Assembly: GCA_964016885.1 (NCBI GenBank)
Contig: OZ024758.1
Coordinates: 33,728,001-33,792,000, forward strand
Direction of reading: 5' to 3'
DNA length: 64,000 bases
Source of the DNA: Eledone cirrhosa
Taxonomy: Eukaryota
Shown here: one piece after another, positions 1-12,300 of the stretch
How the letters are laid out: the number at the start of each line of letters is the position of its first letter
Position numbering within the stretch: position 1 is the stretch's first letter
Position numbers and translations under genes: made by a program
Notes under the pieces: generated by a model
Seen by the model: the letters and a program-made list of their open reading frames with translations, nothing else
Databases searched by the model: none
What the model was told of the DNA's origin: nothing

Positions 1-59
1 AATTCATTTAAGTTCATGGTACTAGCTGTCAGAAGTCACTCCAATGTTGGTGAGAATTC

Positions 60-3000
60 ATTTAAGTTCATGGTATTAGCTGTCAGAAGTAACTCCACTG
101 TTGGTGAGAATTCATTTAAGTTCATGGTATTAGCTGTCAGAAGTAACTCCACTGTTGGTGAGAATTCATTTAAGTCATGGTATTAGCTGTCAGAAGTAAC
201 TCCATTGTTGGTGAGAATTCATTTAAGTCATGGTACTAGCTGTCAGAAATAACTCCACTGTTGGTGTGAATTCATTTAAGTTCATGGTATTAGCTGACAG
301 AAGGAACTCCACTGTTGGTGAGAATTCATTTAAGTTCATGGTACTAGCTGTCAGAAGTAACTCCACTGTTGGTGAGAATTCATTTAAGTTCATGGTATTA
401 CTTTGTCAGAAGTAACTCCACTGTTGGTGAGAATTCATTTAAGTCATGGTATTAGTTGTCAGAAGTAACTCCAATGTTGGTGAGAATTCATTTAAGTCAT
501 GGTACTAGCTGTCAGAAGTAAGTCCAATGTTGGTGAGAATTCATTTAAGTTCATGGTATTAGCTGTCATAAGGAACTCCACTGTTGGTGAGAATTCATTT
601 AAGTTCATGGTATTAGCTGTCAGAAGTAACTCCACTGTTGGTGAGAATTCATTTAAGTTCATGGTACTAGCTGTCAGAAGTAACTACAATGTTGGTGAGA
701 ATTCATTTAAGTTCATGGTATTAGCTGTCAGAAGCAACTCCACTGTTGGTGAGAATTCATTTAAGTCATGCTATTAGCTGTCAGAAGTAACTCCAATGTT
801 GGTGAGAATTCATTTAAGTTCATGGTATTAGCTGTCAGAAGTAACTCCACTGTTGGTGAGAATTCATTTAAGTTCATGGTATTAGCTGTCAGAAGTAACT
901 CCAATGTTGGTGAGAATTCATTTATGTCATGGTATTAGTTGTCAGAAGTAACTCCAATGTTGGTGAGAATTCATTTAAGTTCATGGTACTAGCTGTCAGA
1001 AGTAACTCCACTGTTGGTGAGAATTCATTTAAGTTCATGGTATTAGCTGTCAGAAGTAACTCCACTGTTGGTGAGAATTCATTTAAGTCATGGTATTAGC
1101 TGTCAGAAGTGACTCCATTGTTGGTGAGAATTCATTTAAGTCATGGTACTAGCTGTCAGAAGTAACTCCACTGTTGGTGAGAATTCATTTAAGTTCATGG
1201 TATTAGCTGTCAGAAGGAACTCCAATGTTGGTGAGAATTCATTTAAGTTCATGGTACTAGCTGTCAGAAGTAACTCCACTGTTGGTGAGAATTCATTTAA
1301 GTCATGGTATTAGCTGTCAGAAGTGACTCCATTGTTGGTGAGAATTCATTTAAGTCATGGTACTAGCTGTCAGAAGTAACTCCACTGTTGGTGAGAATTC
1401 ATTTAAGTTCATGGTATTAGCTGTCAGAAGGAACTCCAATGTTGGTGAGAATTCATTTAAGTTCATGGTACTAGCTGTCAGAAGTAACTCCACTGTTGGT
1501 GAGAATTCATTTAAGTTCATGGTATTAGTTTGTCAGAAGTAACTCCACTGTTGGTGAGAATTCATTTAAGTTCATGGTATTAGCTGTCAGAAGTAACTCC
1601 ACTGTTGGTGAGAATTCATTTAAGTTCATGGTATTAGCTGTCAGAAGTAACTCCACTGTTGGTGAGAATTCATTTAAGTTCATGGTATTAGCTGTCAGAA
1701 GGAACTCCAATGTTTGTGAGAATTCATTTAAGTCATGGTACTAGCTGTCAGAAGTAACTCCACTGTTGGTGAGAATTCATTTAAGTTCATGGTATTAGCT
1801 GTCAGAAGGAACGCCACTGTTTGTGAGAATTCATTTAAGTTCATGGTATTAGCTGTCAGAAGTAACTCCACTGTTGGTGAGAATTCATTTAAGTTCATGG
1901 TACTAGCTGTCAGAAGTAACTCCAATGTTGGTGAGAATTCATTTAAGTTCATGGTATTAGCGGTCAGAAGGAACTCCACTGTTGGTGAGAATTCATTTAA
2001 GTTCATGGTATTAGCTGTCAGAAGGAACTCCACTGTTGGTGAGAATTCATTTAAGTTCATGGTATTAGCTGTCAGAAGTCACTCCACTGTTGGTGAGAAT
2101 TCATTTAAGTTCATGGTACTAGCTGTCAGAAGTAACCCCAATGTTGGTGAGAATTCATTTAAGTTCATGGTATTAGCTGTCAGAAGTCACTCCAATGTTG
2201 GTGAGAATTCATTTAAGTTCATGGTATTAGCTGTCAGAAGTAACTCCACTGTTGGTGAGAATTCATTTAAGTTCATGGTATTAGCTGTCAGAAGTAACTC
2301 CACTGTTGGTGAGAATTCATTTAAGTTCATGGTATTAGCTGTCAGAAGTAACTCCACTGTTGGTGAGAATTCATTTAAGTTCATGGTATTAGCTGTCAGA
2401 AGTAACTCCACTGTTGGTGAGAATTCATTTAAGTTCATGGTATTAGCTGTCAGAAGTAACTCCACTGTTGGTGAGAATTCATTTAAGTCATGGTATTAGC
2501 TGTCAGAAGTAACTCCATTGTTGGTGAGAATTCATTTAAGTCATGGTACTAGCTGTCAGAAATAACTCCACTGTTGGTGTGAATTCATTTAAGTTCATGG
2601 TATTAGCTGACAGAAGGAACTCCACTGTTGGTGAGAATTCATTTAAGTTCATGGTACTAGCTGTCAGAAGTAACTCCACTGTTGGTGAGAATTCATTTAA
2701 GTTCATGGTATTACTTTGTCAGAAGTAACTCCACTGTTGGTGAGAATTCATTTAAGTCATGGTATTAGTTGTCAGAAGTAACTCCAATGTTGGTGAGAAT
2801 TCATTTAAGTTCATGGTACTAGCTGTCAGAAGTAACTCCACTGTTGGTGAGAATTCATTTAAGTTCATGGTATTAGCTGTCAGAAGTCACTCCAATGTTG
2901 GTGAGAATTCATTTAAGTTCATGGTATTAGCTGTCAGAAGTAACTCCACTGTTGGTGAGAATTCATTTAAGTTCATGGTACTAGCTGTCAGAAGTAACTA

Positions 3001-4650
3001 CAATGTTGGTGAGAATTCATTTAAGTTCATGGTATTAGCTGTCAGAAGCAACTCCACTGTTGGTGAGAATTCATTTAAGTCATGCTATTAGCTGTCAGAA
3101 GTAACTCCAATGTTGGTGAGAATTCATTTAAGTTCATGGTATTAGCTGTCAGAAGTAACTCCACTGTTGGTGAGAATTCATTTAAGTTCATGGTATTAGC
3201 TGTCAGAAGTAACTCCAATGTTGGTGAGAATTCATTTATGTCATGGTATTAGTTGTCAGAAGTAACTCCAATGTTGGTGAGAATTCATTTAAGTTCATGG
3301 TACTAGCTGTCAGAAGTAACTCCACTGTTGGTGAGAATTCATTTAAGTTCATGGTATTAGCTGTCAGAAGTAACTCCACTGTTGGTGAGAATTCATTTAA
3401 GTCATGGTATTAGCTGTCAGAAGTGACTCCATTGTTGGTGAGAATTCATTTAAGTCATGGTACTAGCTGTCAGAAGTAACTCCACTGTTGGTGAGAATTC
3501 ATTTAAGTTCATGGTATTAGCTGTCAGAAGGAACTCCAATGTTGGTGAGAATTCATTTAAGTTCATGGTACTAGCTGTCAGAAGTAACTCCACTGTTGGT
3601 GAGAATTCATTTAAGTCATGGTATTAGCTGTCAGAAGTGACTCCATTGTTGGTGAGAATTCATTTAAGTCATGGTACTAGCTGTCAGAAGTAACTCCACT
3701 GTTGGTGAGAATTCATTTAAGTTCATGGTATTAGCTGTCAGAAGGAACTCCAATGTTGGTGAGAATTCATTTAAGTTCATGGTACTAGCTGTCAGAAGTA
3801 ACTCCACTGTTGGTGAGAATTCATTTAAGTTCATGGTATTAGTTTGTCAGAAGTAACTCCACTGTTGGTGAGAATTCATTTAAGTTCATGGTATTAGCTG
3901 TCAGAAGTAACTCCACTGTTGGTGAGAATTCATTTAAGTTCATGGTATTAGCTGTCAGAAGTAACTCCACTGTTGGTGAGAATTCATTTAAGTTCATGGT
4001 ATTAGCTGTCAGAAGGAACTCCAATGTTTGTGAGAATTCATTTAAGTCATGGTACTAGCTGTCAGAAGTAACTCCACTGTTGGTGAGAATTCATTTAAGT
4101 TCATGGTATTAGCTGTCAGAAGGAACGCCACTGTTTGTGAGAATTCATTTAAGTTCATGGTATTAGCTGTCAGAAGTAACTCCACTGTTGGTGAGAATTC
4201 ATTTAAGTTCATGGTACTAGCTGTCAGAAGTAACTCCAATGTTGGTGAGAATTCATTTAAGTTCATGGTATTAGCGGTCAGAAGGAACTCCACTGTTGGT
4301 GAGAATTCATTTAAGTTCATGGTATTAGCTGTCAGAAGGAACTCCACTGTTGGTGAGAATTCATTTAAGTTCATGGTATTAGCTGTCAGAAGTCACTCCA
4401 CTGTTGGTGAGAATTCATTTAAGTTCATGGTACTAGCTGTCAGAAGTAACCCCAATGTTGGTGAGAATTCATTTAAGTTCATGGTATTAGCTGTCAGAAG
4501 TCACTCCAATGTTGGTGAGAATTCATTTAAGTTCATGGTATTAGCTGTCAGAAGTAACTCCACTGTTGGTGAGAATTCATTTAAGTTCATGGTATTAGCT
4601 GTCAGAAGTAACTCCACTGTTGGTGAGAATTCATTTAAGTTCATGGTATT
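60..4650. repeat. Higher-order tandem duplication, 2313-2314 bp unit (43 monomers), about 2 copies
   Basis: Matching ORF starts 230/2543, 1357/3671, 1735/4049. Shared rare variants AGAAATAAC, AGCAACTC followed by CATGCTA, and TAGCGGTC occur in both copies. Confidence 0.9.
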
Positions 4651-7600
4651 AGTTGTCACAAGTAACTCCACTGTTGGTGAGAATTCATTTAAGTTCATGG
4701 TACTAGCTGTCAGAAGTAACTCCACTGTTGGTGAGAATTCATTTAAGTTCATGGTATTAGCTGTCAGAAGTAACTCCACTGTTGGTGAGAATTCATTTAA
4801 GTCATGGTATTAGCTGTCAGAAGTAACTCCATTGTTGGTGAGAATTCATTTAAGTCATGGTACTAGCTGTCAGAAGTAACTCCACTGTTGGTGAGAATTC
4901 ATTTAAGTTCATGTTATTAGCTGTCAGAAGGAACTCCACTGTTGGTGAGAATTCATTTAAGTTCATGGTACTAGCTGTCAAAAGTAACTCCACTGTTGGT
5001 GAGAATTCATTTAAGTTCATGGTATTAGTTTGTCAGAAGTAACTCCACTGTTGGTGAGAATTCATTTAAGTTCATGGTATTAGCTGTCAGATGTAACTCC
5101 ACTGTTGGTGAGAATTCATTTAAGTCATGGTATTAGCTGTCAGAAGTAACTCCATTGTTGGTGAGAATTCATTTAAGTCATGGTACTAGCTGTCAGAAGT
5201 AACTCCACTGTTGGTGAGAATTCATTTAAGTTCATGGTATTAGCTGTCAGAAGTCACTCCACTGTTGGTGAGAATTCATTTAAGTTCATGGTACTAGCTG
5301 ACAGAAGTAACCCCAATGTTGGTGAGAATTCATTTAAGTTCATGGTATTAGCTGTCAGAAGTCACTCCAATGTTGGTGAGAATTCATTTAAGTTCATGGT
5401 ATTAGCTGTCAGAAGTAACTCCACTGTTGGTGAGAATTCATTTAAGTTCATGGTATTAGCTGTCAGAAGTAACTCCACTGTTGGTGAGAATTCATTTAAG
5501 TTCATGGTATTAGCTGTCAGAAGTAACTCCACTGTTGGTGAGAATTCATTTAAGTTCATGGTATTAGCTGTCAGAAGGAACTCCAATGTTGGTGAGAATT
5601 CATTTAAGTCATGGTACTAGCTGTCAGAAGTAACTCCACTGTTGGTGAGAATTCATTTAAGTTCATGGTATTAGCTGTCAGAAGGAACGCCACTGTTGGT
5701 GAGAATTCATTTAAGTTCATGGTATTAGCTGTCAGAAGTAACTCCACTGTTGGTGAGAATTCATTTAAGTTCATGGTACTAGCTGTCAGAAGTAACTCCA
5801 ATGTTGGTGAGAATTCATTTAAGTTCATGGTATTAGCTGTCAGAAGGAACTCCACTGTTGGTGAGAATTCATTTAAGTTCATGGTATTAGCTGTCAGAAG
5901 TAACTCCACTGTTGGTGAGAATTCATTTTAGTTCATGGTACTAGTTGTCAGAAGTAACTCCACTGTTGGTGAGAATTCATTTAAGTTCATGGTATTAGCT
6001 GTCAGAAGGAACGCCACTGTTGGTTAGAATTCATTTAAGTTCATGGTATTAGCTGTCAGAAGTAACTCCACTGTTGGTGAGAATTCATTTAAGTTCATTT
6101 TACTAGCTGTCAGAAGTAACTCCACTGTTGGTGAGAATTCATTTAAGTTCATGGTATTAGCTGTCAGAAGTAACTCCACTGTTGGTGAGAATTCATTTAA
6201 GTTCATGGTATTAGTTGTCAGAAGTAACTCCACTGTTGGTGAGAATTCATTTAAGTCATGGTATTAGTTGTCAGAAGTAACTCCAATGTTGGTGAGAATT
6301 CATTTAAGTTCATGGTACTAGCTGTCAGAAGTAACTCCACTGTTGGTGAGAATTCATTTAAGTTCATGGTATTAGCTGTCAGAAGTAACTCCACTGTTGG
6401 TGAGAATTCATTTAAGTCATGGTATTAGCTGTCAGAAGTAACTCCATTGTTGGTGAGAATTCATTTAAGTCATGGTACTAGCTGTCAGAAGTAACTCCAC
6501 TGTTGGTGAGAATTCATTTAAGTTCATGGTATTAGCTGTCAGAAGTAACTCCACTGTTGGTGAGAATTCATTTAAGTTCATGGTATTAGCTGTCAGAAGT
6601 AACTCCACTGTTGGTGAGAATTCATTTAAGTTCATGGTATTAGCTGTCAGAAGTAACTCCACTGTTGGTGAGAATTCATTTAAGTTCATGGTATTAGCTG
6701 TCAGAAGTAACTCCACTGTTGGTGAGAATTCATTTAAGTTCATGGTATTAGCTGTCAGAAGGAACTCCAATGTTGGTGAGAATTCATTTAAGTCATGGTA
6801 CTAGCTGTCAGAAGTAACTCCACTGTTGGTGAGAATTCATTTAAGTTCATGGTACTAGCTGTCAGAAGTAACTCCAATGTTGGTGAGAATTCATTTAAGT
6901 TCATGGTATTAGCTGTCAGAAGTAACTCCACTGTTGGTGAGAATTCATTTAAGTTCATGGTATTAGCTGTCAGAAGGAACTCCAATGTTGGTGAGAATTC
7001 ATTTAAGTCATGGTACTAGCTGTCAGAAGTAACTCCACTGTTGGTGAGAATTCATTTAAGTTCATGGTATTAGCTGTCAGTAGGAACGCCACTGTTGGTG
7101 AGAATTCATTTAAGTTCATGGTATTAGCTGTCAGAAGTAACTCCACTGTTGGTGAGAATTCATTTAAGTTCATGGTACTAGCTGTCAGAAGTAACTCCAA
7201 TGTTGGTGAGAATTCATTTAAGTTCATGGTATTAGCTGTCAGAAGGAACTCCACTGTTGGTGAGAATTCATTTAAGTTCATGGTATTAGCTGTCAGAAGT
7301 AACTCCACTGTTGGTGAGAATTCATTTAAGTTCATGGTACTAGTTGTCAGAAGTAACTCCACTGTTGGTGAGAATTCATTTAAGTTCATGGTATTAGCTG
7401 TCAGAAGGAACGCCACTGTTGGTGAGAATTCATTTAAGTTCATGGTATTAGCTGTCAGAAGTAACTCCACTGTTGGTGAGAATTCATTTAAGTTCATTTT
7501 ACTAGCTGTCAGAAGTAACTCCAAAGTTGGTGAGAATTCATTTAAGTTCATGGTATTAGCTGTCAGAAGGAACTCCACTGTTGGTGAGAATTCATTTAAG

Positions 7601-9339
7601 TTCATGGTATTAGCTGTCAGAAGTAACTCCACTGTTGGTGAGAATTCATTTAAGTTCATGGTACTAGTTGTCAGAAGTAACTCCACTGTTGGTGAGAATT
7701 CATTTAAGTTCATGGTATTAGTTGTCAGAAGTAACTCCACTGTTGGTGAGAATTCATTTAAGTCATGGTATTAGTTGTCAGAAGTAACTCCAATGTTGGT
7801 GAGAATTCATTTAAGTTCATGGTACTAGCTGTCAGAAGTAACTCCACTGTTGGTGAGAATTCATTTAAGTTCATGGTATTAGCTGTCAGAATTAACTCCA
7901 CTGTTGGTGAGAATTCATTTAAGTCATGGTATTAGCTGTCAGATGTAACTCCATTGTTGGTGAGAATTCATTTAAGTCATGGTACTAGCTGTCAGAAGTA
8001 ACTCCACTGTTGGTGAGAATTCATTTAAGTTCATGGTATTAGCTGTCAGAAGGAACTCCACTGTTGGTGAGAATTCATTTAAGTTCATGGTACTAGCTGT
8101 CAGAAGTAACTCCACTGTTGGTGAGAATTCATTTAAGTTCATGGTATTAGTTTGTCAGAAGTAACTCCACTGTTGGTGAGAATTCATTTAAGTTCATGGT
8201 ATTAGCTGTCAGAAGTAACTCCACTGTTGGTGAGAATTCATTTAAGTCATGGTATTAGCTGTAAGAAGTAACTCCATTGTTGGTGAGAATTCATTTAAGT
8301 CATGGTACTAGCTGTCAGAAGTAACTCCTCTGTTGGTGAGAATTCATTTAAGTTCATGGTACTAGCTGTCAGAAGTAACTCCACTGTTGGTGAGAATTCA
8401 TTTAAGTTCATGGTACTAGCTGTCAGAAGTAACTCCACTGTTGGTGAGAATTCATTTAAGTTCATGGTATTAGCTGTCAGAAGTCACTCCACTGTTGGTG
8501 AGAATTCATTTAAGTTCATGGTACTAGCTGTCAGAAGTAACCTCAATGTTGGTGAGAATTCATTTAAGTTCATGGTATTAGCTGTCAGAAGTCACTCCAA
8601 TGTTGGTGAGAATTCATTTAAGTCATGGTACTAGTTGTCAGAAGTAACTCCACTGTTGGTGAGAATTCATTTAAGTCATGGTATTAGTTGTCAGAAGTAA
8701 CTCCACTGTTGGTGAGAATTCATTTAAGTTCATGGTATTAGCTGTCAGAAGTAACTCCACTGTTGGTGAGAATTCATTTAAGTTCATGGTATTAGCTGTC
8801 AGAAGTAACTCCACTGTTGGTGAGAATTCATTTAAGTTCATGGTATTAGCTGTCAGAAGGAACTCCAATGTTGGTGAGAATTCATTTAAGTCATGGTACT
8901 AGCTGTCAGAAGTAACTCCACTGTTGGTGAGAATTCATTTAAGTTCATGGTACTAGCTGTCAGAAGTAACTCCAATGTTGGTGAGAATTCATTTAAGTTC
9001 ATGGTATTAGCTGTCAGAAGGAACTCCACTGTTGGTGAGAATTCATTTAAGTTCATGGTATTAGCTGTCAGAAGTAACTCCACTGTTGGTGAGAATTCAT
9101 TTAAGTTCATGGTACTAGTTGTCAGAAGTAACTCCACTGTTGGTGAGAATTCATTTAAGTTCATGGTATTAGTTGTCAGAAGTAACTCCACTGTTGGTGA
9201 GAATTCATTTAAGTCATGGTATTAGCTGTCAGAAGTAACTCCATTGTTGGTGAGAATTCATTTAAGTCATGGTACTAGCTGTCAGAAGTAACTACACTGT
9301 TGGTGTGAATTCATTTAAGTTCATGGTATTAGCTGACAG

Positions 9340-12300
9340 AAGGAACTCCACTGTTGGTGAGAATTCATTTAAGTTCATGGTACTAGCTGTCAGAAGTAAC
9401 TCCACTGTTGGTGAGAATTCATTTAAGTTCATGGTATTACTTTGTCAGAAGTAACTCCACTGTTGGTGAGAATTCATTTAAGTCATGGTATTAGTTGTCA
9501 GAAGTAACTCCAATGTTGGTGAGAATTCATTTAAGTCATGGTACTAGCTGTCAGAAGTAACTCCAATGTTGGTGAGAATTCATTTAAGTTCATGGTATTA
9601 GCTGTCATAAGGAACTCCACTGTTGGTGAGAATTCATTTAAGTTCATGGTATTAGCTGTCAGAAGTAACTCCACTGTTGGTGAGAATTCATTTAAGTTCA
9701 TGGTATTAGCTGTCAGAAGTAACTACAATGTTGGTGAGAATTCATTTAAGTTCATGGTATTAGCTGTCAGAAGTAACTCCACTGTTGGTGAGAATTCATT
9801 TAAGTTCATGGTATTACTTTGTCAGAAGTAACTCCACTGTTGGTGAGAATTCATTTAAGTCATGGTATTAGTTGTCAGAAGTAACTCCAATGTTGGTGAG
9901 AATTCATTTAAGTCATGGTACTAGCTGTCAGAAGTAACTCCAATGTTGGTGAGAATTCATTTAAGTTCATGCTATTAGCTGTCATAAGGAACTCCACTGT
10001 TGGTGAGAATTCATTTAAGTTCATGGTATTAGCTGTCAGAAGTAACTCCACTGTTGGTGAGAATTCTTTTAAGTTCATGGTATTAGCTGTCAGAAGTAAC
10101 TACAATGTTGGTGAGAATTCATTTAAGTTCATGGTATTAGCTGTCAGAAGTAACTCCACTGTTGGTGAGAATTCATTTAAGTCATGGTATTAGCTGTCAG
10201 AAGTAACTCCAATGTTGGTGAGAATTCATTTAAGTTCATGGTATTAGCTGTCAGAAGTAACTCCACTGTTGGTGAGAATTCATTTAAGTTCATGGTATTA
10301 GCTGTCAGAAGTAACTCCAATGTTGGTGAGAATTCATTTATGTCATGGTATTAGTTGTCAGAAGTAACTCCAATGTTGGTGAGAATTCATTTAAGTTCAT
10401 GGTACTAGCTGTCAGAAGTAACTCCACTGTTGGTGAGAATTCATTTAAGTTCATGGTATTAGCTGTCAGAAGTAACTCCACTGTTGGTGAGAATTCATTT
10501 AAGTCATGGTATTAGCTGTCAGAAGTAACTCCATTGTTGGTGAGAATTCATTTAAGTCATGGTACTAGCTGTCAGAAGTAACTCCACTGTTGGTGAGAAT
10601 TCATTTAAGTTCATGGTATTAGCTGTCGGAAGGAACTCCACTGTTGGTGAGAATTCATTTAAGTTCATGGTACTAGCTGTCAGAAGTAACTCCACTGTTG
10701 GTGAGAATTCATTTAAGTTCATGGTATTAGTTTGTCAGAAGTAACTCCACTGTTGGTGAGAATTCATTTAAGTTCATGGTATTAGCTGTCAGAAGTAACT
10801 CCACTGTTGGTGAGAATTCATTTAAGTTCATGGTATTAGCTGTCAGAAGTAACTCCACTGTTGGTGAGAATTCATTTAAGTTCATGGTATTAGCTGTCAG
10901 AAGGAACTCCAATGTTGGTGAGAATTCATTTAAGTCATGGTACTAGCTGTCAGAAGTAACTCCACTGTTGGTGAGAATTCATTTAAGTTCATGGTATTAG
11001 CTGTCAGAAGGAACGCCACTGTTTGTGAGAATTCATTTAAGTTCATGGTATTAGCTGTCAGAAGTAACTCCACTGTTGGTGAGAATTCATTTAAGTCATG
11101 GTATTAGTTGTCAGAAGTAACTCCAATGTTGGTGAGAATTCATTTAAGTTCATGGTATTAGCTGTCAGAAGTAACTCCACTGTTGGTGAGAATTCATTTA
11201 AGTTCATGGTATTAGCTGTCAGAAGGAACTCCAATGTTGGTGAGAATTCATTTAAGTCATGGTACTAGCTGTCAGAAGTAACTCCACTGTTGGTGAGAAT
11301 TCATTTAAGTTCATGGTATTAGCTGTCAGAAGGAACGCCACTGTTGGTGAGAATTCATTTAAGTTCATGGTATTAGCTGTCAGAAGTAACTCCACTGTTG
11401 GTGAGAATTCATTTAAGTTCATGGTACTAGCTGTCAGAAGTAACTCCACTGTTGGTGAGAATTCATTTAAATTCATGGTATTAGCTGTCAGAAGTCACTC
11501 CACTGTTGGTGAGAATTCATTTAAGTTCATGGTACTAGCTGTCAGAGGTAACCCCAATGTTGGTGAGAATTCATTTAAGTTCATGGTATTAGCTGTCAGA
11601 AGTCACTCCAATGTTGGTGAGAATTCATTTAAGTTCATGGTATTAGCTGTCAGAAGTAACTCCACTGTTGGTGAGAATTCATTTAAGTTCATGGTATTAG
11701 CTGTCAGAAGTAACTCCACTGTTGGTGAGAATTCATTTAAGTTCATGGTATTAGCTGTCAGAAGTAACTCCACTGTTGGTGAGAATTCATTTAAGTTCAT
11801 GGTATTAGCTGTCAGAAGGAACTCCAATGTTGGTGAGAATTCATTTAAGTCATGGTACTAGCTGTCAGAAGTAACTCCACTGTTGGTGAGAATTCATTTA
11901 AGTTCATGGTACTAGCTGTCAGAAGTAACTCCAATGTTGGTGAGAATTCATTTAAGTTCATGGTATTAGCTGTCAGAAGGAACTCCACTGTTGGTGAGAA
12001 TTCATTTAAGTTCATGGTATTAGCTGTCAGAAGTAACTCCACTGTTGGTGAGAATTCATTTAAATTCATGGTATTAGTTGTCAGAAGTAACTCCACTGTT
12101 GGTGAGAATTCATTTAAGTTCATGGTATTAGTTGTCAGAAGTAACTCCACTGTTGGTGAGAATTCATTTAAGTCATGGTATTAGCTGTCAGAAGTAACTC
12201 CATTGTTGGTGAGAATTCATTTAAGTCATGGTACTAGCTGTCAGAAGTAACTCCACTGTTGGTGTGAATTCATTTAAGTTCATGGTATTAGCTGACAGAA

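Noticed and set aside
90-112. Hairpin or terminator around CTCCACTGTTGGTGAG
   Set aside because: Only a 3-4 bp stem (CCA/TGG or CCAA/TTGG) with bulged extension and no U-tract; too weak to call.
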